From an uncultured bacterium (GTDB taxonomy: Bacteria; CSSED10-310; CAZUFC01): 64,000 nucleotides of DNA. The notes beneath the pieces are model-generated. The model searched no databases, had not been told where the DNA came from, and worked only from the letters and a program-made list of their open reading frames with translations. The stretch is taken from assembly GCA_964619725.1 (NCBI GenBank), contig CAZUFC010000005.1, positions 74,418-138,417 on the forward strand. The letters are read 5' to 3'. Position numbers and translations under genes: made by a program. This document shows, piece by piece, positions 49,891 through 60,350 of this stretch (the stretch's first letter is position 1; the number at the start of each line of letters is the position of its first letter).

Positions 49891-51159
49891 TCAATCGGAG
49901 ATTTCGTATGTATTGCCAGGATTATAGGGATGCGGTTCATCCACAGTGATGTCGTCATCGTCTTCATCTTCCGTATTTCCTGAGATATCCTGAATAATTT
50001 TATTTTGATTATCGGTATAGGAATAGGAACTTTCGATCGAATCTTCCATCGCGGAAATGGAGATATCAGAAGCGGATTCAATGCCTTTGAATTTCATAGC
50101 GAACTCATCAGGGTTAGAGGATCGTTCCAGTGCTTCCTGATAAGTGATGGCGCGTTTTTTAACCAGGAAATAAAGCGACTGATCGAAGGTTTGCATTCCG
50201 TATTGACTGACGCCTTCTTTCATGGCGTTAAGGATATACTTGGTTTTTTCCTCATAAATGATGCATTCGCGAATAAGCGGAGTAGAGACCATGACTTCAG
50301 CGGCAGGAACGCGGCCGGCTTCATCTGCTCGGGGAATAAGGCGTTGTGAGATAACGGCTTTAATGACGCTGGCGAGTTGAAGTCTGATATGGCGGTGCTG
50401 ATGAGGGGGGAAATAGGAGATGATGCGGAAGACGGTTTCAACGGCGTCGGTGGTATGGAGGGTGGACATGACGAGGTGCCCTGTTTCGGCAGCGGTAAGG
50501 GCAGTTTCGACGGTCGACATATCGCGCATTTCGCCGACGAGAATAACGTCAGGGTCCTGCCTCAGCGCAGCCCTCATGGCCCTGGAGAAGGTCGTCGTAT
50601 CTGTGCCCAGCTCTCTTTGATTTATGATGCTCAGGCGGTCATGATGAATATATTCGATGGGGTCTTCGATGGTTATGACGTGAGCTTTCTTATTGGCGTT
50701 GATGTGATCCACCATTGAGGCGAGAGTGGTCGTTTTTCCGCTTCCGGTCGTTCCTGTGCACAGAATGAGTCCCCTGGGCAGCAAGGCGAGGTTTTCCAGG
50801 ACGCTGGGGAGGAACAGATCGCGAATATTCTTTACTTTAGTGGGAATAACGCGTATGACCATGCCGAAATTGCCTCTCTGCTGGAATACATTAACCCTGA
50901 ACCGGCCCAATCCCGGCACGGCGTGCGCCAGGTCCACCTCCCGGTACTCCTGGAAGATATTCCGGTGATAGTCGTTCATTATTGTATTTGCGAGTTCTTC
51001 CATCTCCGGCGCGGTGATTTTTTTTCTATCCATGATAGGCTGCAGAAGGCCGTCGACTCTTAGAATAGGATAAGTGCCGACTTTCAAATGCAGGTCTGAT
51101 GCGTTCAATTTGATTGAAACATTTAACAGTTCATAAAGGTCTTGGACTAAATTTCCCAT
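49891..51159 (-). CDS. pilT: type IV pilus retraction ATPase, PilT/PilU family
   Basis: ASDLHL, GTTGSGKTTT, TIEDPIE, LRQDPDVILVGEMRD, AETGHLVMSTLHT, GMQTFDQSL. Confidence 0.93.
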   Translation of the reverse strand: MGNLVQDLYELLNVSIKLNASDLHLKVGTYPILRVDGLLQPIMDRKKITAPEMEELANTIMNDYHRNIFQEYREVDLAHAVPGLGRFRVNVFQQRGNFGMVIRVIPTKVKNIRDLFLPSVLENLALLPRGLILCTGTTGSGKTTTLASMVDHINANKKAHVITIEDPIEYIHHDRLSIINQRELGTDTTTFSRAMRAALRQDPDVILVGEMRDMSTVETALTAAETGHLVMSTLHTTDAVETVFRIISYFPPHQHRHIRLQLASVIKAVISQRLIPRADEAGRVPAAEVMVSTPLIRECIIYEEKTKYILNAMKEGVSQYGMQTFDQSLYFLVKKRAITYQEALERSSNPDEFAMKFKGIESASDISISAMEDSIESSYSYTDNQNKIIQDISGNTEDEDDDDITVDEPHPYNPGNTYEISD

Positions 51160-51354
51160 TTTGACGAAGTCCTTTCGTAGGAGGCGGCGTTGCAAGCCTT
51201 CTCAGAACCAATATTATTCAAAATAAACGGCGTGTCAAACAAGCTGCCTGCTTGAACATGAACCCTGCTGACGTTTAAATAACTTGCTCCATAAGGGCCG
51301 GTCCCGAATTTTGCCGGCAGATAAAACGCCTTGCTGCGCGTAAAAAAATGACTC

Positions 51355-52386
51355 CTACCCCTTTTTGTCGGCAGCCGGCTCTTCCTTTTCGTCTTCGAGT
51401 CCGGTTTTCTTTTTGATCGCCTGTAAAATTTCATCGGCGACGTCTTTGTTTTCTTTCAGGAACAATTTTGAGTTTTCTCTACCCTGACCCAATCGGGTAT
51501 CGCCATAGGAATACCATGCTCCGCTTTTCGACACAATATTAAATTTAAGCCCTTCATCCAGAAGGCTTCCCTCCTGGGAGATGCCCATTCCGTACATAAT
51601 GTCGAATTCGACTTTTTCAAAAGGGGGCGCCATTTTATTTTTAACAACTTTAACGACTGTGCGATTGCCGGTCATTCTGTCGCCTTCTTTTATGGCCCCG
51701 ATCCGGCGAATTTCCATACGCACGGAAGAATAGAATTTTAAAGCGCGGCCGCCCGTTGTGGTTTCAGGATTCCCGAACATGACGCCTATTTTTTCTCTGA
51801 CTTGATTAATAAAAATGAAACAGGTCCTGGACTTATTGATGGCCGCAGCGAGTTTTCTCAGCGCCTGGGACATGAGTCTGGCCTGGAGGCCTACATGGGA
51901 GTCGCCCATTTCGCCTTCGATTTCAGCGCGAGGGACCAGGGCTGCAACGGAATCAACGACGATGACATCTACTGCGCCGCTTCTGACCAGCAGTTCGCTT
52001 ATTTCCAGGGCCTGTTCGCCGGTATCGGGCTGGGAAATGAGGAGTTCGTCAGTGTCGACTCCCAGTTTTTTCGCATAAATCGGGTCCAGCGCGTGTTCGG
52101 CATCCACAAAGGCGCAAATGCCGTTCATTTTTTGAGCTTCCGATATGACGTGAAGAGCCAGCGTCGTTTTTCCGGAGGATTCCGGGCCGTATATTTCTAT
52201 AATTCTTCCACGGGGAACTCCGCCTATGCCCAACGCCAGGTCCAACCCCAGACAACCCGTCGGTATCACGGGAATGCTTATGGCCGCATTCTGACCCAGC
52301 TTCATTATCGAACCCTTCCCGAATTGTCTTTCAATCATACCAACGGTCGCTTCCAGCGCCTTTTTCTTTTCATTTTTCTCTTTCAT
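51355..52386 (-). CDS. recA: recombinase A
   Basis: [38 protein letters not shown]. Confidence 0.99.
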   Translation of the reverse strand: MKEKNEKKKALEATVGMIERQFGKGSIMKLGQNAAISIPVIPTGCLGLDLALGIGGVPRGRIIEIYGPESSGKTTLALHVISEAQKMNGICAFVDAEHALDPIYAKKLGVDTDELLISQPDTGEQALEISELLVRSGAVDVIVVDSVAALVPRAEIEGEMGDSHVGLQARLMSQALRKLAAAINKSRTCFIFINQVREKIGVMFGNPETTTGGRALKFYSSVRMEIRRIGAIKEGDRMTGNRTVVKVVKNKMAPPFEKVEFDIMYGMGISQEGSLLDEGLKFNIVSKSGAWYSYGDTRLGQGRENSKLFLKENKDVADEILQAIKKKTGLEDEKEEPAADKKG

Positions 52387-52387
52387 T

Positions 52388-52981
52388 TTATTCTCCTTGT
52401 ACTGATAAATTTGAGCTGTGGACAACGTGGTATTCAGCTCCGGCAGGCTTTAAAACACTTCGATATAAAACCACTTTATCGATGCTGAAATGCGGCGTTT
52501 CGATTTCTTTCAACTCAAGAAATTCAGAAACGTAATTCATCGCCTGGGAGGGATTCTTTACGCGTCCCAGGGTCAAATGAGGATGAAATTTACGATTTTC
52601 TTTTTTAAAACCGAGTTTTGAAGTGGCTCTGATAATACGCTCCTGCAATTTGTCCATTTCGGGCTGTTCGAAACGAAGGCCCACCCACAGGACGCGTGCG
52701 CGTCTGGCATTCGGAAAACATCCTACCGGTCCAAAATGCACTTCAAAGGATTGGCATTCGGAACACGCTTCCGTCAACGCTTTAGATAATTTTTCGATTT
52801 TCGTCACCGGTGTATCGCCGAGAAACTGAAATGTCAGGTGAATGCCCTGCGGCTTAACCCATCTTATACCCCGACTGCGGTCTCGAATGGAGGCTGTTTT
52901 TTCCTGCAGGGAATCTTTCAGTTCATCAGGTATCTCCGCAGCTATAAAAAGCCTCTGTTTTTCGCGTCTTTCCCGGCTCAT
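52388..52981 (-). CDS. thpR: RNA 2',3'-cyclic phosphodiesterase (2H family)
   Basis: [21 protein letters not shown]; typical cinA-thpR-recA context. Confidence 0.95.
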   Translation of the reverse strand: MSRERREKQRLFIAAEIPDELKDSLQEKTASIRDRSRGIRWVKPQGIHLTFQFLGDTPVTKIEKLSKALTEACSECQSFEVHFGPVGCFPNARRARVLWVGLRFEQPEMDKLQERIIRATSKLGFKKENRKFHPHLTLGRVKNPSQAMNYVSEFLELKEIETPHFSIDKVVLYRSVLKPAGAEYHVVHSSNLSVQGE

Positions 52982-53490
52982 GTCCTTTTCTCCCGCTGAG
53001 ATTCCAAGGATAGAAGATAATCATGAAGCATGTCGAAGGCTTCATCTGCCGTTTTGTTTTTAACGGTCCGTCGATCGCCCGAAAAGGTGAAATGCTGCAC
53101 AAGCGTTTTTTCCGGAGCATGCAACCCGATGTAAACCGTGCCGACAGGTTTACCCGGACTGCCTCCTCCCGGTCCCGCTATGCCGGTCGTGGATAGCCCG
53201 ACTTCCGTTCCCGAATTTCTGCTTACCCCTTCGCACATCGCCTTCGCAGTCTGTCGGCTTACCGCTCCATGCTCATCCAATACCTCTTGCGGCACCCCCA
53301 GCAATTCTACCTTGGCCCTGTTGCTGTATGATACTATGCCACGCTCGAAATAGGCCGAAGCTCCGGGAATCGCCGTCGTTCGATGAGCTATCAGGCCTCC
53401 TGTACAGGATTCCGCAACAGCCAGGGTCCATTTTCTATTTTTCAGCAGATCGCCGATTTTTTCTTCAATGCATTTTCCTTTTGTTTCCAT
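52978..53490 (-). CDS. cinA: CinA C-terminal domain protein (nicotinamide-nucleotide amidase)
   Basis: AVAESCTGG, GASAYF, HGAVS, TGIAGPGGG, KPVGTV. Confidence 0.93.
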   Translation of the reverse strand: METKGKCIEEKIGDLLKNRKWTLAVAESCTGGLIAHRTTAIPGASAYFERGIVSYSNRAKVELLGVPQEVLDEHGAVSRQTAKAMCEGVSRNSGTEVGLSTTGIAGPGGGSPGKPVGTVYIGLHAPEKTLVQHFTFSGDRRTVKNKTADEAFDMLHDYLLSLESQREKRT

Positions 53491-53491
53491 T

Positions 53492-53977
53492 TTAAATTAC
53501 CAATCTGATTAATTGCAGAACAATATTACTATAAATCCCGGCTATTACGTCGTCAAGGACAATGCCGGTTCCGCCGGGAAGTTTTTCCGCTGCTGAGGCC
53601 GGCCACACCTTCATAATATCAAAAAACCGGAAAACGAAAAATGCAATAATGAGCCAGGTCCATTCCTGCGGCAGAAACGCAGCAGCGATCAGCATGCCGA
53701 TAATTTCGTCTATGACGATGTAACCGCAGTCTTTTTTCCTGTAATATTTTTCAGCATAACCGGCGGCCCAGATAGCGGGACCGATTAATGCCAGTGCAAT
53801 AATGACATAGGGCCAGTCGCCCAGAAAAGCTAAAGCAAAAGCCAGCGGGACCGTAACCGCGCTTCCGACGGTACCCGATGCGACCGGGGCGAACCCGCTG
53901 CCTAACCCCGTCGCTATCAGTCGTGCAATAAAACCAGTCACTTTTTCTCCTTTCATATCAATCGAGTTCTCATCCAT
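53492..53977 (-). CDS. pgpA: phosphatidylglycerophosphatase A
   Basis: GSGFAPVASGTVGS, IVIDEIIG, FRFFDI.K, GIVLDDVIAG. Confidence 0.95.
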   Translation of the reverse strand: MDENSIDMKGEKVTGFIARLIATGLGSGFAPVASGTVGSAVTVPLAFALAFLGDWPYVIIALALIGPAIWAAGYAEKYYRKKDCGYIVIDEIIGMLIAAAFLPQEWTWLIIAFFVFRFFDIMKVWPASAAEKLPGGTGIVLDDVIAGIYSNIVLQLIRLVI

Positions 53978-54051
53978 CGTAATGCGTCCCAAGCTTACCA
54001 TATGCGTAAGGACTTGTCCCGCAAAAGAGCCTTCTTTACAGACTTCGCCTC

Positions 54052-55401
54052 TTATTGCTGCGGTCCGGGCTGCTTCACTTCACCATATAAATCGAAATCG
54101 GAAGTATCCGTAATCTCAACCGTCACGATGTCGCCTGCTCCGAAACGCGAATTAGGCGCCGGCTCACCCGGAACGATCACGCAACCGTCAATCTCCGGCG
54201 CCTGAAACGATGTGCGCCCCAAGTATCCCACTCCTTCCTCATGCTCATCAATTAAAATCTCCAACCGGCGATTCTTCAAATTTTCGTTTCTCTCGGCAGA
54301 ATAGAATCGCTGCAATTCGGTCAATCTTTTATGTCTGTTCGCTGCGGTTTTTTTCGCGGTACGGGGTCTCAATTCGTAGGCCGGCGTTCCTTCTTCCGCG
54401 GAATAAATAAACACGCCCAGGTAATCAGGCCTCAATTCCTCGACGAATTGAATCAGGCTCTTGAAATGAACGTGTTTTTCTCCGGGGAATCCTGCAATCA
54501 GGGAAGTCCGGATGCGAATGTCCGGCCTTAAATCGCGCAACCTGCCGAATATACGACGAATACGGTCCTGAGAAACAGGCCTGTTCATTGCTTTTAAAAT
54601 GTCCGGATGGAAATGCTGAACCGGAATATCAATGTAAGGGCATAACGCGGAATATCTGCCGTAAAGCTTCATCAAATCTTCGTCGATGCCGTGAGGATTG
54701 ACGTACATTAAACGAACACGGGGAAACAGGTCTTTTTTCAGGAGACTTTCAACCAGGCCCGCAAGCCGGGGTGTTGAATCGATATCCAGGCCGTAGCGCG
54801 ACAGGTCCTGAGCGATCAGAATAATCTCTTTTATGCCCTTTTCTGCAATCCTCTCCGCTTCTGCAGTTATCTCTACAGGGCGCCTGCTTTTTTGCGGGCC
54901 CCGGATGGAGGGAATAGCGCAATAAGAACAACGATTGTCGCATCCTTCCGAGATTTTTACATAGGCGTAGGAAGCGGCATCCGCTAATTTGCGTAATTCA
55001 GGCGTTCCGCATACGTAATTGCCGTCGCTTGTATAATCGATGACTTTTCCCGGGCGCGTGCACTTCAGCAAATCACCTATTTGATGGATGCGGGAAGGCG
55101 AAATGTAAGCATCGATTTCAGGAAGGGACTCCTTCAATTCAGCAGCGTATCGTTTGGCCAGGCAGCCTGCAGCTATTAATAAGGGTCGTCCGTCAGCCTT
55201 TTTGTTCTTTGCCGCCTTCAGAAGAACCTGGATCGATTCCTCTTTGGCCGGCTCTATGAAACCGCACGTGTTGACGATTATGCAGTCAGCCTCTTTCAGA
55301 CGATTCACTCTCTGATGACCCGAAGCTTCCAGATATCCCTCCAGATATTCCAGATCAACTTCGTTTTTAGGACAACCCAGGGATATCAGTCCGACTTTCA
55401 T
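54052..55401 (-). CDS. rimO: ribosomal protein S12 methylthiotransferase
   Basis: SLGCPKN, NTCGFI, EGCDNRCSYCAIP, APEIDG. Confidence 0.95.
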   Translation of the reverse strand: MKVGLISLGCPKNEVDLEYLEGYLEASGHQRVNRLKEADCIIVNTCGFIEPAKEESIQVLLKAAKNKKADGRPLLIAAGCLAKRYAAELKESLPEIDAYISPSRIHQIGDLLKCTRPGKVIDYTSDGNYVCGTPELRKLADAASYAYVKISEGCDNRCSYCAIPSIRGPQKSRRPVEITAEAERIAEKGIKEIILIAQDLSRYGLDIDSTPRLAGLVESLLKKDLFPRVRLMYVNPHGIDEDLMKLYGRYSALCPYIDIPVQHFHPDILKAMNRPVSQDRIRRIFGRLRDLRPDIRIRTSLIAGFPGEKHVHFKSLIQFVEELRPDYLGVFIYSAEEGTPAYELRPRTAKKTAANRHKRLTELQRFYSAERNENLKNRRLEILIDEHEEGVGYLGRTSFQAPEIDGCVIVPGEPAPNSRFGAGDIVTVEITDTSDFDLYGEVKQPGPQQ

Positions 55402-55461
55402 GTTTAAAATGTTGCCTGCCGCCGGGATTCAGACAGGGCTGAAGGTCTTTGCGGGCAGACG

Positions 55462-56058
55462 CTACTTGGATATTTTTGAGATAATATGAGCGTTGCCGAA
55501 CCAGTAATCAAAAGCTGAAATAACCGTTACGCAAGTCACGATCAGCATCGCCGTCCAGCTTATGGTCGTTAAGGGCATCGGCGACCAGAACGTCTTTACG
55601 ATCTCAGATATCACGATAACATGGATCGCTATTGCCTGAAACATGGCTTTGAGCTTGCCGCTGCGCCGGGCGCTCACGATCACCTGCTGCTTGCCGGCCA
55701 GTATGCGGATGAATGATACCGTGGCGTCACGATAAAAAATCAACAGTATCATCCACGAATCCATCAGATCGGCCTGCCAGAACGCCAGAAAAAAAGTGAA
55801 ACGGGAAAGGCTGTCCGCATAAGGATCAAAAAGTTTGCCGAAATCGGTCGTCTCATTGCGGCGTCTCGCCAGAAAACCGTCTATTGCATCTGATATCTCT
55901 GAATAAACGATCAGCGCCAGTCCCACGCCAAACAGCGCTCCAGCCGTGGCATGCGATGCCGGACCTTTGTTCAGATAATGAAAAGCGAGATAATGTATAA
56001 TGAAAAAAACAGGTCCTATAAAAACGCGGCTTAACGTCAGTTTATTTGATAATGTCAT
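55462..56058 (-). CDS. pgsA: CDP-diacylglycerol--glycerol-3-phosphate 3-phosphatidyltransferase
   Basis: NKLTLSR, DAIDGFLARR..TDFGKLFDPYAD, GKLKA. Confidence 0.92.
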   Translation of the reverse strand: MTLSNKLTLSRVFIGPVFFIIHYLAFHYLNKGPASHATAGALFGVGLALIVYSEISDAIDGFLARRRNETTDFGKLFDPYADSLSRFTFFLAFWQADLMDSWMILLIFYRDATVSFIRILAGKQQVIVSARRSGKLKAMFQAIAIHVIVISEIVKTFWSPMPLTTISWTAMLIVTCVTVISAFDYWFGNAHIISKISK

Positions 56059-57437
56059 GTTGCTGCTGCTCCCTCTTCTTTTAAATTTCCGGTTTCAGGC
56101 CCGGTCGGTGAATTGGACGTGAGTCGGCGTTTTAACTTCCACGTCCATTTATATATGTTGAATAGCCAATCGAGATAAAAAGCGCTGCGGTTGCGGTAAA
56201 AAAGTTTCTTCAATCCCCGGTAGTCTTCAGGAAGCAAATCGAGCGTCGGGTCTATGCCGCCGTCCTTTAATGCCATGGCGAACAATTTCGTGCGCGGTTC
56301 AACGCGTATGGTCGTTAGCAGGAATCCGTGCACCTGGGATTTGAGAAACAACTTACAGCGAAGAAAAAAGCGGATCAGTTCGATGAAGGTTCCAATGCTT
56401 TGCCCCGGCGGATTAAAAAAGAAATTGAAAGATACCTGCATCTCGGGGATATTCTCCATCAATGAAATAGTCTTTTTAATGTCAGTTTCCCTGATGTTCT
56501 TGCCCAGACGGTTCAGTGTCCTGTCGTCGAAACCGTCAGGAGAAAAAGAAAATTCACGGCAACCCGTCCGGATAGCCAGTTTCACCGTAGACTCGTCCAG
56601 GTTCTTCTCATTGAACCATCCCGTCCAGGTGATGGGAAGACTCTTTTTTTCAAGTTCTTCCATTATCTTTACTGCATGGTCCGTCGGATGATTGAATACC
56701 GCATCGACAAAACTGAAATTCGATATGCCGTGCTTATCATGCAGCTCGCTGATTTCCTCCACAACGCTGAGCGGGTTCCGCAAACGGATGCGCCGTCCGT
56801 TCAATAGAGGATAGACGCAATAAACGCACTGATGAGGACAACCTCTTTTCGTCTGCACGCCTACCGCGCCCTTGAAATCTTTGTATGCCTTGAAATCGAA
56901 TATGTCATAACGGGGTTCAGGAAAACTTTCGTTATGCTCAAAAGGCTTGAAACCGGAATAATAAATGGAATGAGAATCGCGCCAGTATACCCTCGGCGTT
57001 TTCTGCGGATCGTCCAGGGAGTTCAAAAGCGACGGGAATACGTCTTCACCTTCCAGATATACGCCGTAATCAATCTGCGGACAACGCTCCATTATACGTT
57101 CGGGAAACATGGAAAAACCGGCGCCCCCAACGATGATCCTGGCCGATGGAACCTTCTGCCTCAGAAAACTTAACAGCTCCCCGAAAGGAATAAAATAATA
57201 AAACAGGTCCCTTTCCATCTGGGAATCGATATTCCGCAGGGAAACGCCGACTGCCTCAGGCTTGAATTCGCGGATCAAACGTTCCAGCGGTTCGTGATAA
57301 TCTGCGCCGTATATGTTGGGATCGAATCCCTTTACATTGTAGCGTTCGTCAAGACTGCCCGCCAGATAGGCCGGTCCCAGCGGAAATATCAGCGGTTCGT
57401 TCCGACCCAGTGGAGCTTGAATAAGAAGTATGTTCAT
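56055..57437 (-). CDS. B12-binding radical SAM protein
   Basis: PLGPAYL, SLRNID, GGAGFS (cobalamin-binding); QTKRGCPHQCVYC. Confidence 0.92.
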   Translation of the reverse strand: MNILLIQAPLGRNEPLIFPLGPAYLAGSLDERYNVKGFDPNIYGADYHEPLERLIREFKPEAVGVSLRNIDSQMERDLFYYFIPFGELLSFLRQKVPSARIIVGGAGFSMFPERIMERCPQIDYGVYLEGEDVFPSLLNSLDDPQKTPRVYWRDSHSIYYSGFKPFEHNESFPEPRYDIFDFKAYKDFKGAVGVQTKRGCPHQCVYCVYPLLNGRRIRLRNPLSVVEEISELHDKHGISNFSFVDAVFNHPTDHAVKIMEELEKKSLPITWTGWFNEKNLDESTVKLAIRTGCREFSFSPDGFDDRTLNRLGKNIRETDIKKTISLMENIPEMQVSFNFFFNPPGQSIGTFIELIRFFLRCKLFLKSQVHGFLLTTIRVEPRTKLFAMALKDGGIDPTLDLLPEDYRGLKKLFYRNRSAFYLDWLFNIYKWTWKLKRRLTSNSPTGPETGNLKEEGAAAT

Positions 57438-57513
57438 AAAATTTCAACGCCGTATCTGCAAATGGGCGAATCTTTCAATCTTTAACGGGTGAAAACGTCG
57501 CCGCAGATTATCT

Positions 57514-57951
57514 TTACTTTTTGCCTCTGAAAACAGCTTCGGCTCGCTTCTGAATCGAAGTCAACATAGACGGCAGACTGGCGGAAACTACCTGTTTGCT
57601 GATGATCTTCGGTACGAAGAAACCCATGTCCATATCCACCGAATAAGTCACGCGGCAACTCACTTCATCAATCGGTTCAAAATCCCATCCGCCTTCGCTG
57701 TTCTTAAAATCGCCTCTTACATATGTCCAACGCGTTTTGTGCGGCGGATCATGTTCAAGACGCAATACATACTCAAAATTTTTAACCACAAATATGGAAA
57801 ATTTGCATACAACCACATTATCCTGTCGTTCAAGTATTTCCGTTTCCTTAATCATGGGAAGGAATTCCGGATAGGATTCATAATCCGTAACGACTTCGTA
57901 AACGACTTCTGCGGGGGCCTTCATAACGACGGTTTTTTCAGCGCCGGCCAA
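57514..57951 (-). CDS. SRPBCC/START (RatA/Coq10-like) protein
   Basis: VYEVVTDYESYPEFLP, GDFKNSEGGW; TTG start after AAGGAG. Confidence 0.88.
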   Translation of the reverse strand: MAGAEKTVVMKAPAEVVYEVVTDYESYPEFLPMIKETEILERQDNVVVCKFSIFVVKNFEYVLRLEHDPPHKTRWTYVRGDFKNSEGGWDFEPIDEVSCRVTYSVDMDMGFFVPKIISKQVVSASLPSMLTSIQKRAEAVFRGKK

Positions 57952-57987
57952 GGGGTTCTCCTTTCTTTTGACAGACAAACCTCAGAA

Positions 57988-58575
57988 TCAGCTCTTACCT
58001 TTTTTCTTCTTCTTTTTTTTCTTTTTTTTGCTTAATTTGTCCTGTGGGAGAAGACATTTAATGATATTAACGATGTTTTCCACGATAAGGTTTCGATTTT
58101 CAACGGTAATTTCAATAAGAACAACGTCGTTCCGGTTCATGATCATATTGATGACAGGGTTGGCGAAGTTTTGAATAGTCCCCAGGACAGGAACATCAGA
58201 ATCAAGACATTTCAAGGCGTTATCACGAAATGATTTGCTGAAGCATTCCATTTTACCGATTTCATCAATGACTATCAGCGATGCTTTTTTCTGAAGCGCT
58301 TCTTCAAGAAGAGGGGCCGCCACATCGTCCAGCAATTTTACTTCGACGCCGTATTTTCCCACTTTATATGTGCTGCGTTTGTTGACGTGAGCCAGAATGT
58401 AGTTTTCACCGGACAGGGTATTCAACTGGAATCCTTTTCTTGTTTTACCGGATCGGATTTCGGAAGTATAAAACCCCATCGCCGTAACCGGCAGCTCGCT
58501 CAAGACCGCCTGAATCACCGTTGATTTACCGATTCCCGGTTCTCCCGTCAACAATATGTTTTTTAGAACAGCCAT
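57988..58575 (-). CDS. NTPase (THEP1/NTPase_1 family)
   Basis: TGEPGIGKST, GFYTSEIR, VGKYGV, IDEIGKME; poly-Lys tail. Confidence 0.92.
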   Translation of the reverse strand: MAVLKNILLTGEPGIGKSTVIQAVLSELPVTAMGFYTSEIRSGKTRKGFQLNTLSGENYILAHVNKRSTYKVGKYGVEVKLLDDVAAPLLEEALQKKASLIVIDEIGKMECFSKSFRDNALKCLDSDVPVLGTIQNFANPVINMIMNRNDVVLIEITVENRNLIVENIVNIIKCLLPQDKLSKKKKKKKKKKGKS

Positions 58576-58734
58576 GATCGTTACACCCAACCTCCTGAAA
58601 TCCGCAAACCATTATACTCGACGTCCCTCTTTTGTCAAACTGGATTTTTACTCAGGATTTTTTTACAATGCGCATCGGCGGACGCGCGAATTCCTCGAAT
58701 GATGAATTGATGACAACTGAACAAGGAGGACAAA

Positions 58735-59649
58735 ATGAGTTTGATTGTCGTTGGAAGCGTGGCTTTTGATTCTGTTGAAGCGCCCCACGGGTCGATAGAA
58801 GATGCGCTGGGAGGTTCGGCGACATATTTTTCCATCGCCGCTTCTTATTTCACTCCGGTATATCTTGTGGCAGTCGTAGGCGAGGATTTTACGGATGAAA
58901 ACCGAAGCATTTTCAACGGAAGGAACATTGATGTAGTCGGATTGAAGACGGTAGCAGGCAGGACTTTCCGCTGGAAAGGAAAATATTCCGATGACATGAA
59001 CGAAAGAATAACGCTGGATACCCAGTTGAACGTTTTTGAGCATTTTGAGCCGCAGATTCCCGAATCCTACAAAAAATGCCGCTACGTTTTCCTGGCCAAT
59101 ATCGATCCTGAGCTGCAGATGAAGGTGCTCCAGCAAATTCCCGAACCGCATCTCACGGCCTGCGACACCATGAATTTCTGGATCGAAAGCAAACCCGAAG
59201 CCCTCAAAAAAACGCTGTCCATGGTCGATCTGCTCATCATCAACGATGAAGAAGTCAAAATGCTTTCGGGTAAAACCAACATATATGCCGCCGGCAGGGA
59301 ATTGCTGGAATGGGGACCCAAAACGCTCATCGTCAAAAAGGGCGAACACGGCGCTATCATGATGCGTAAAGACGGCGTTTTCGTCTCACCCGCCTTCCCG
59401 CAGGAAAAAGTCATGGATACAACCGGCGCAGGAGACTCCTTCGCCGGAGGTTTCATGGGATGGATCGCCGGAAAAGCTTGCTGCGACGATGACGTGCTCA
59501 GACAGGCCATGGTTTGCGGCGCAGTCATGGCCTCTTTCAATGTCGAATCCTTCAGTCTGGACAGACTCGCTTCCCTTTCAGAAGATGAAATAGTCGAACG
59601 ATGCGCCTATATGCAGAAAATGATTCATTTCCAACCTCTGGACTTCTGA
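58735..59649 (+). CDS. PfkB family carbohydrate kinase
   Basis: VGSVAFD, LGGSATY, KKGEHG, DTTGAGDSFAGG. Confidence 0.95.
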   Translation: MSLIVVGSVAFDSVEAPHGSIEDALGGSATYFSIAASYFTPVYLVAVVGEDFTDENRSIFNGRNIDVVGLKTVAGRTFRWKGKYSDDMNERITLDTQLNVFEHFEPQIPESYKKCRYVFLANIDPELQMKVLQQIPEPHLTACDTMNFWIESKPEALKKTLSMVDLLIINDEEVKMLSGKTNIYAAGRELLEWGPKTLIVKKGEHGAIMMRKDGVFVSPAFPQEKVMDTTGAGDSFAGGFMGWIAGKACCDDDVLRQAMVCGAVMASFNVESFSLDRLASLSEDEIVERCAYMQKMIHFQPLDF

Positions 59650-59663
59650 ATCAGACGTCATCT

Positions 59664-60341
59664 ATGAAAAAATTCAAATGGATAAAGAAAATCGGCGAAG
59701 CCGTCGACAGCCGCCTAGATCAATGGCTGGACGACCTTAAAACACCGGACAGACGTATCGCACGCATCATTCAGGAATTGAAAACCTGCCGCCGTAAACT
59801 CAAAATACAGATATCAAAGGAGCATGTCGAAAAAGAAAAATTGATCAGAAAATTCAAGGATTCGAATTTCGACAGCACTCCACCATTCCTGGAAGTCAGA
59901 CGACTCGTCGAACAGGAAAAAGTGGAAGAAGCCGCAAGACTCTTCGCCGAAATACTCAAAAAAAAGTCACGCAGCCCCTACGAGAAACTCCTGAAAGACA
60001 TCCAGTCATCCATTATGAGAATCCAGGCCCTGCAAAAAACGCTCGATGACCTCAACAAACGCATTGCCGCTCTGGAAACTCAATATGAAAAACTGGTCAG
60101 AGATATCCGGGAACTGAACACGGAAAAACAGCGACTGGATAAGATGGAGGCGCTGGGGGCTTCGGCAGTGGATCAGGCTATGGCGGAATTGCACGAAGAG
60201 GTGCGGTTCCGTTCCGATGAATTGGAAGCCCTGAAAGAGTTGAACGAGATTCTGAAGGCTTACGATTTGACCGGAAACGGAACCAGAAATTCTGCCGATA
60301 AAGAAATTGAAAAATTGGACGATGAAATTCATGGCCTTTGA
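59664..60341 (+). CDS. coiled-coil protein, PspA/IM30-like
   Basis: N-terminal amphipathic MKKFKWIKKI, LDDLKTPDRRIARIIQEL, long heptad coil. Confidence 0.6.
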   Translation: MKKFKWIKKIGEAVDSRLDQWLDDLKTPDRRIARIIQELKTCRRKLKIQISKEHVEKEKLIRKFKDSNFDSTPPFLEVRRLVEQEKVEEAARLFAEILKKKSRSPYEKLLKDIQSSIMRIQALQKTLDDLNKRIAALETQYEKLVRDIRELNTEKQRLDKMEALGASAVDQAMAELHEEVRFRSDELEALKELNEILKAYDLTGNGTRNSADKEIEKLDDEIHGL

Positions 60342-60350
60342 TAAGCATAT

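Noticed and set aside
51802-52488. Long antisense ORFs (also 44766-45491 and 58663-59349)
   Set aside because: Shadows of well-supported genes on the opposite strand.
57997-58030. Poly-Lys tail as a frameshift or phase-variation tract
   Set aside because: The AAA/AAG codons are mixed, the frame is intact, and the tract is at the extreme C-terminus.
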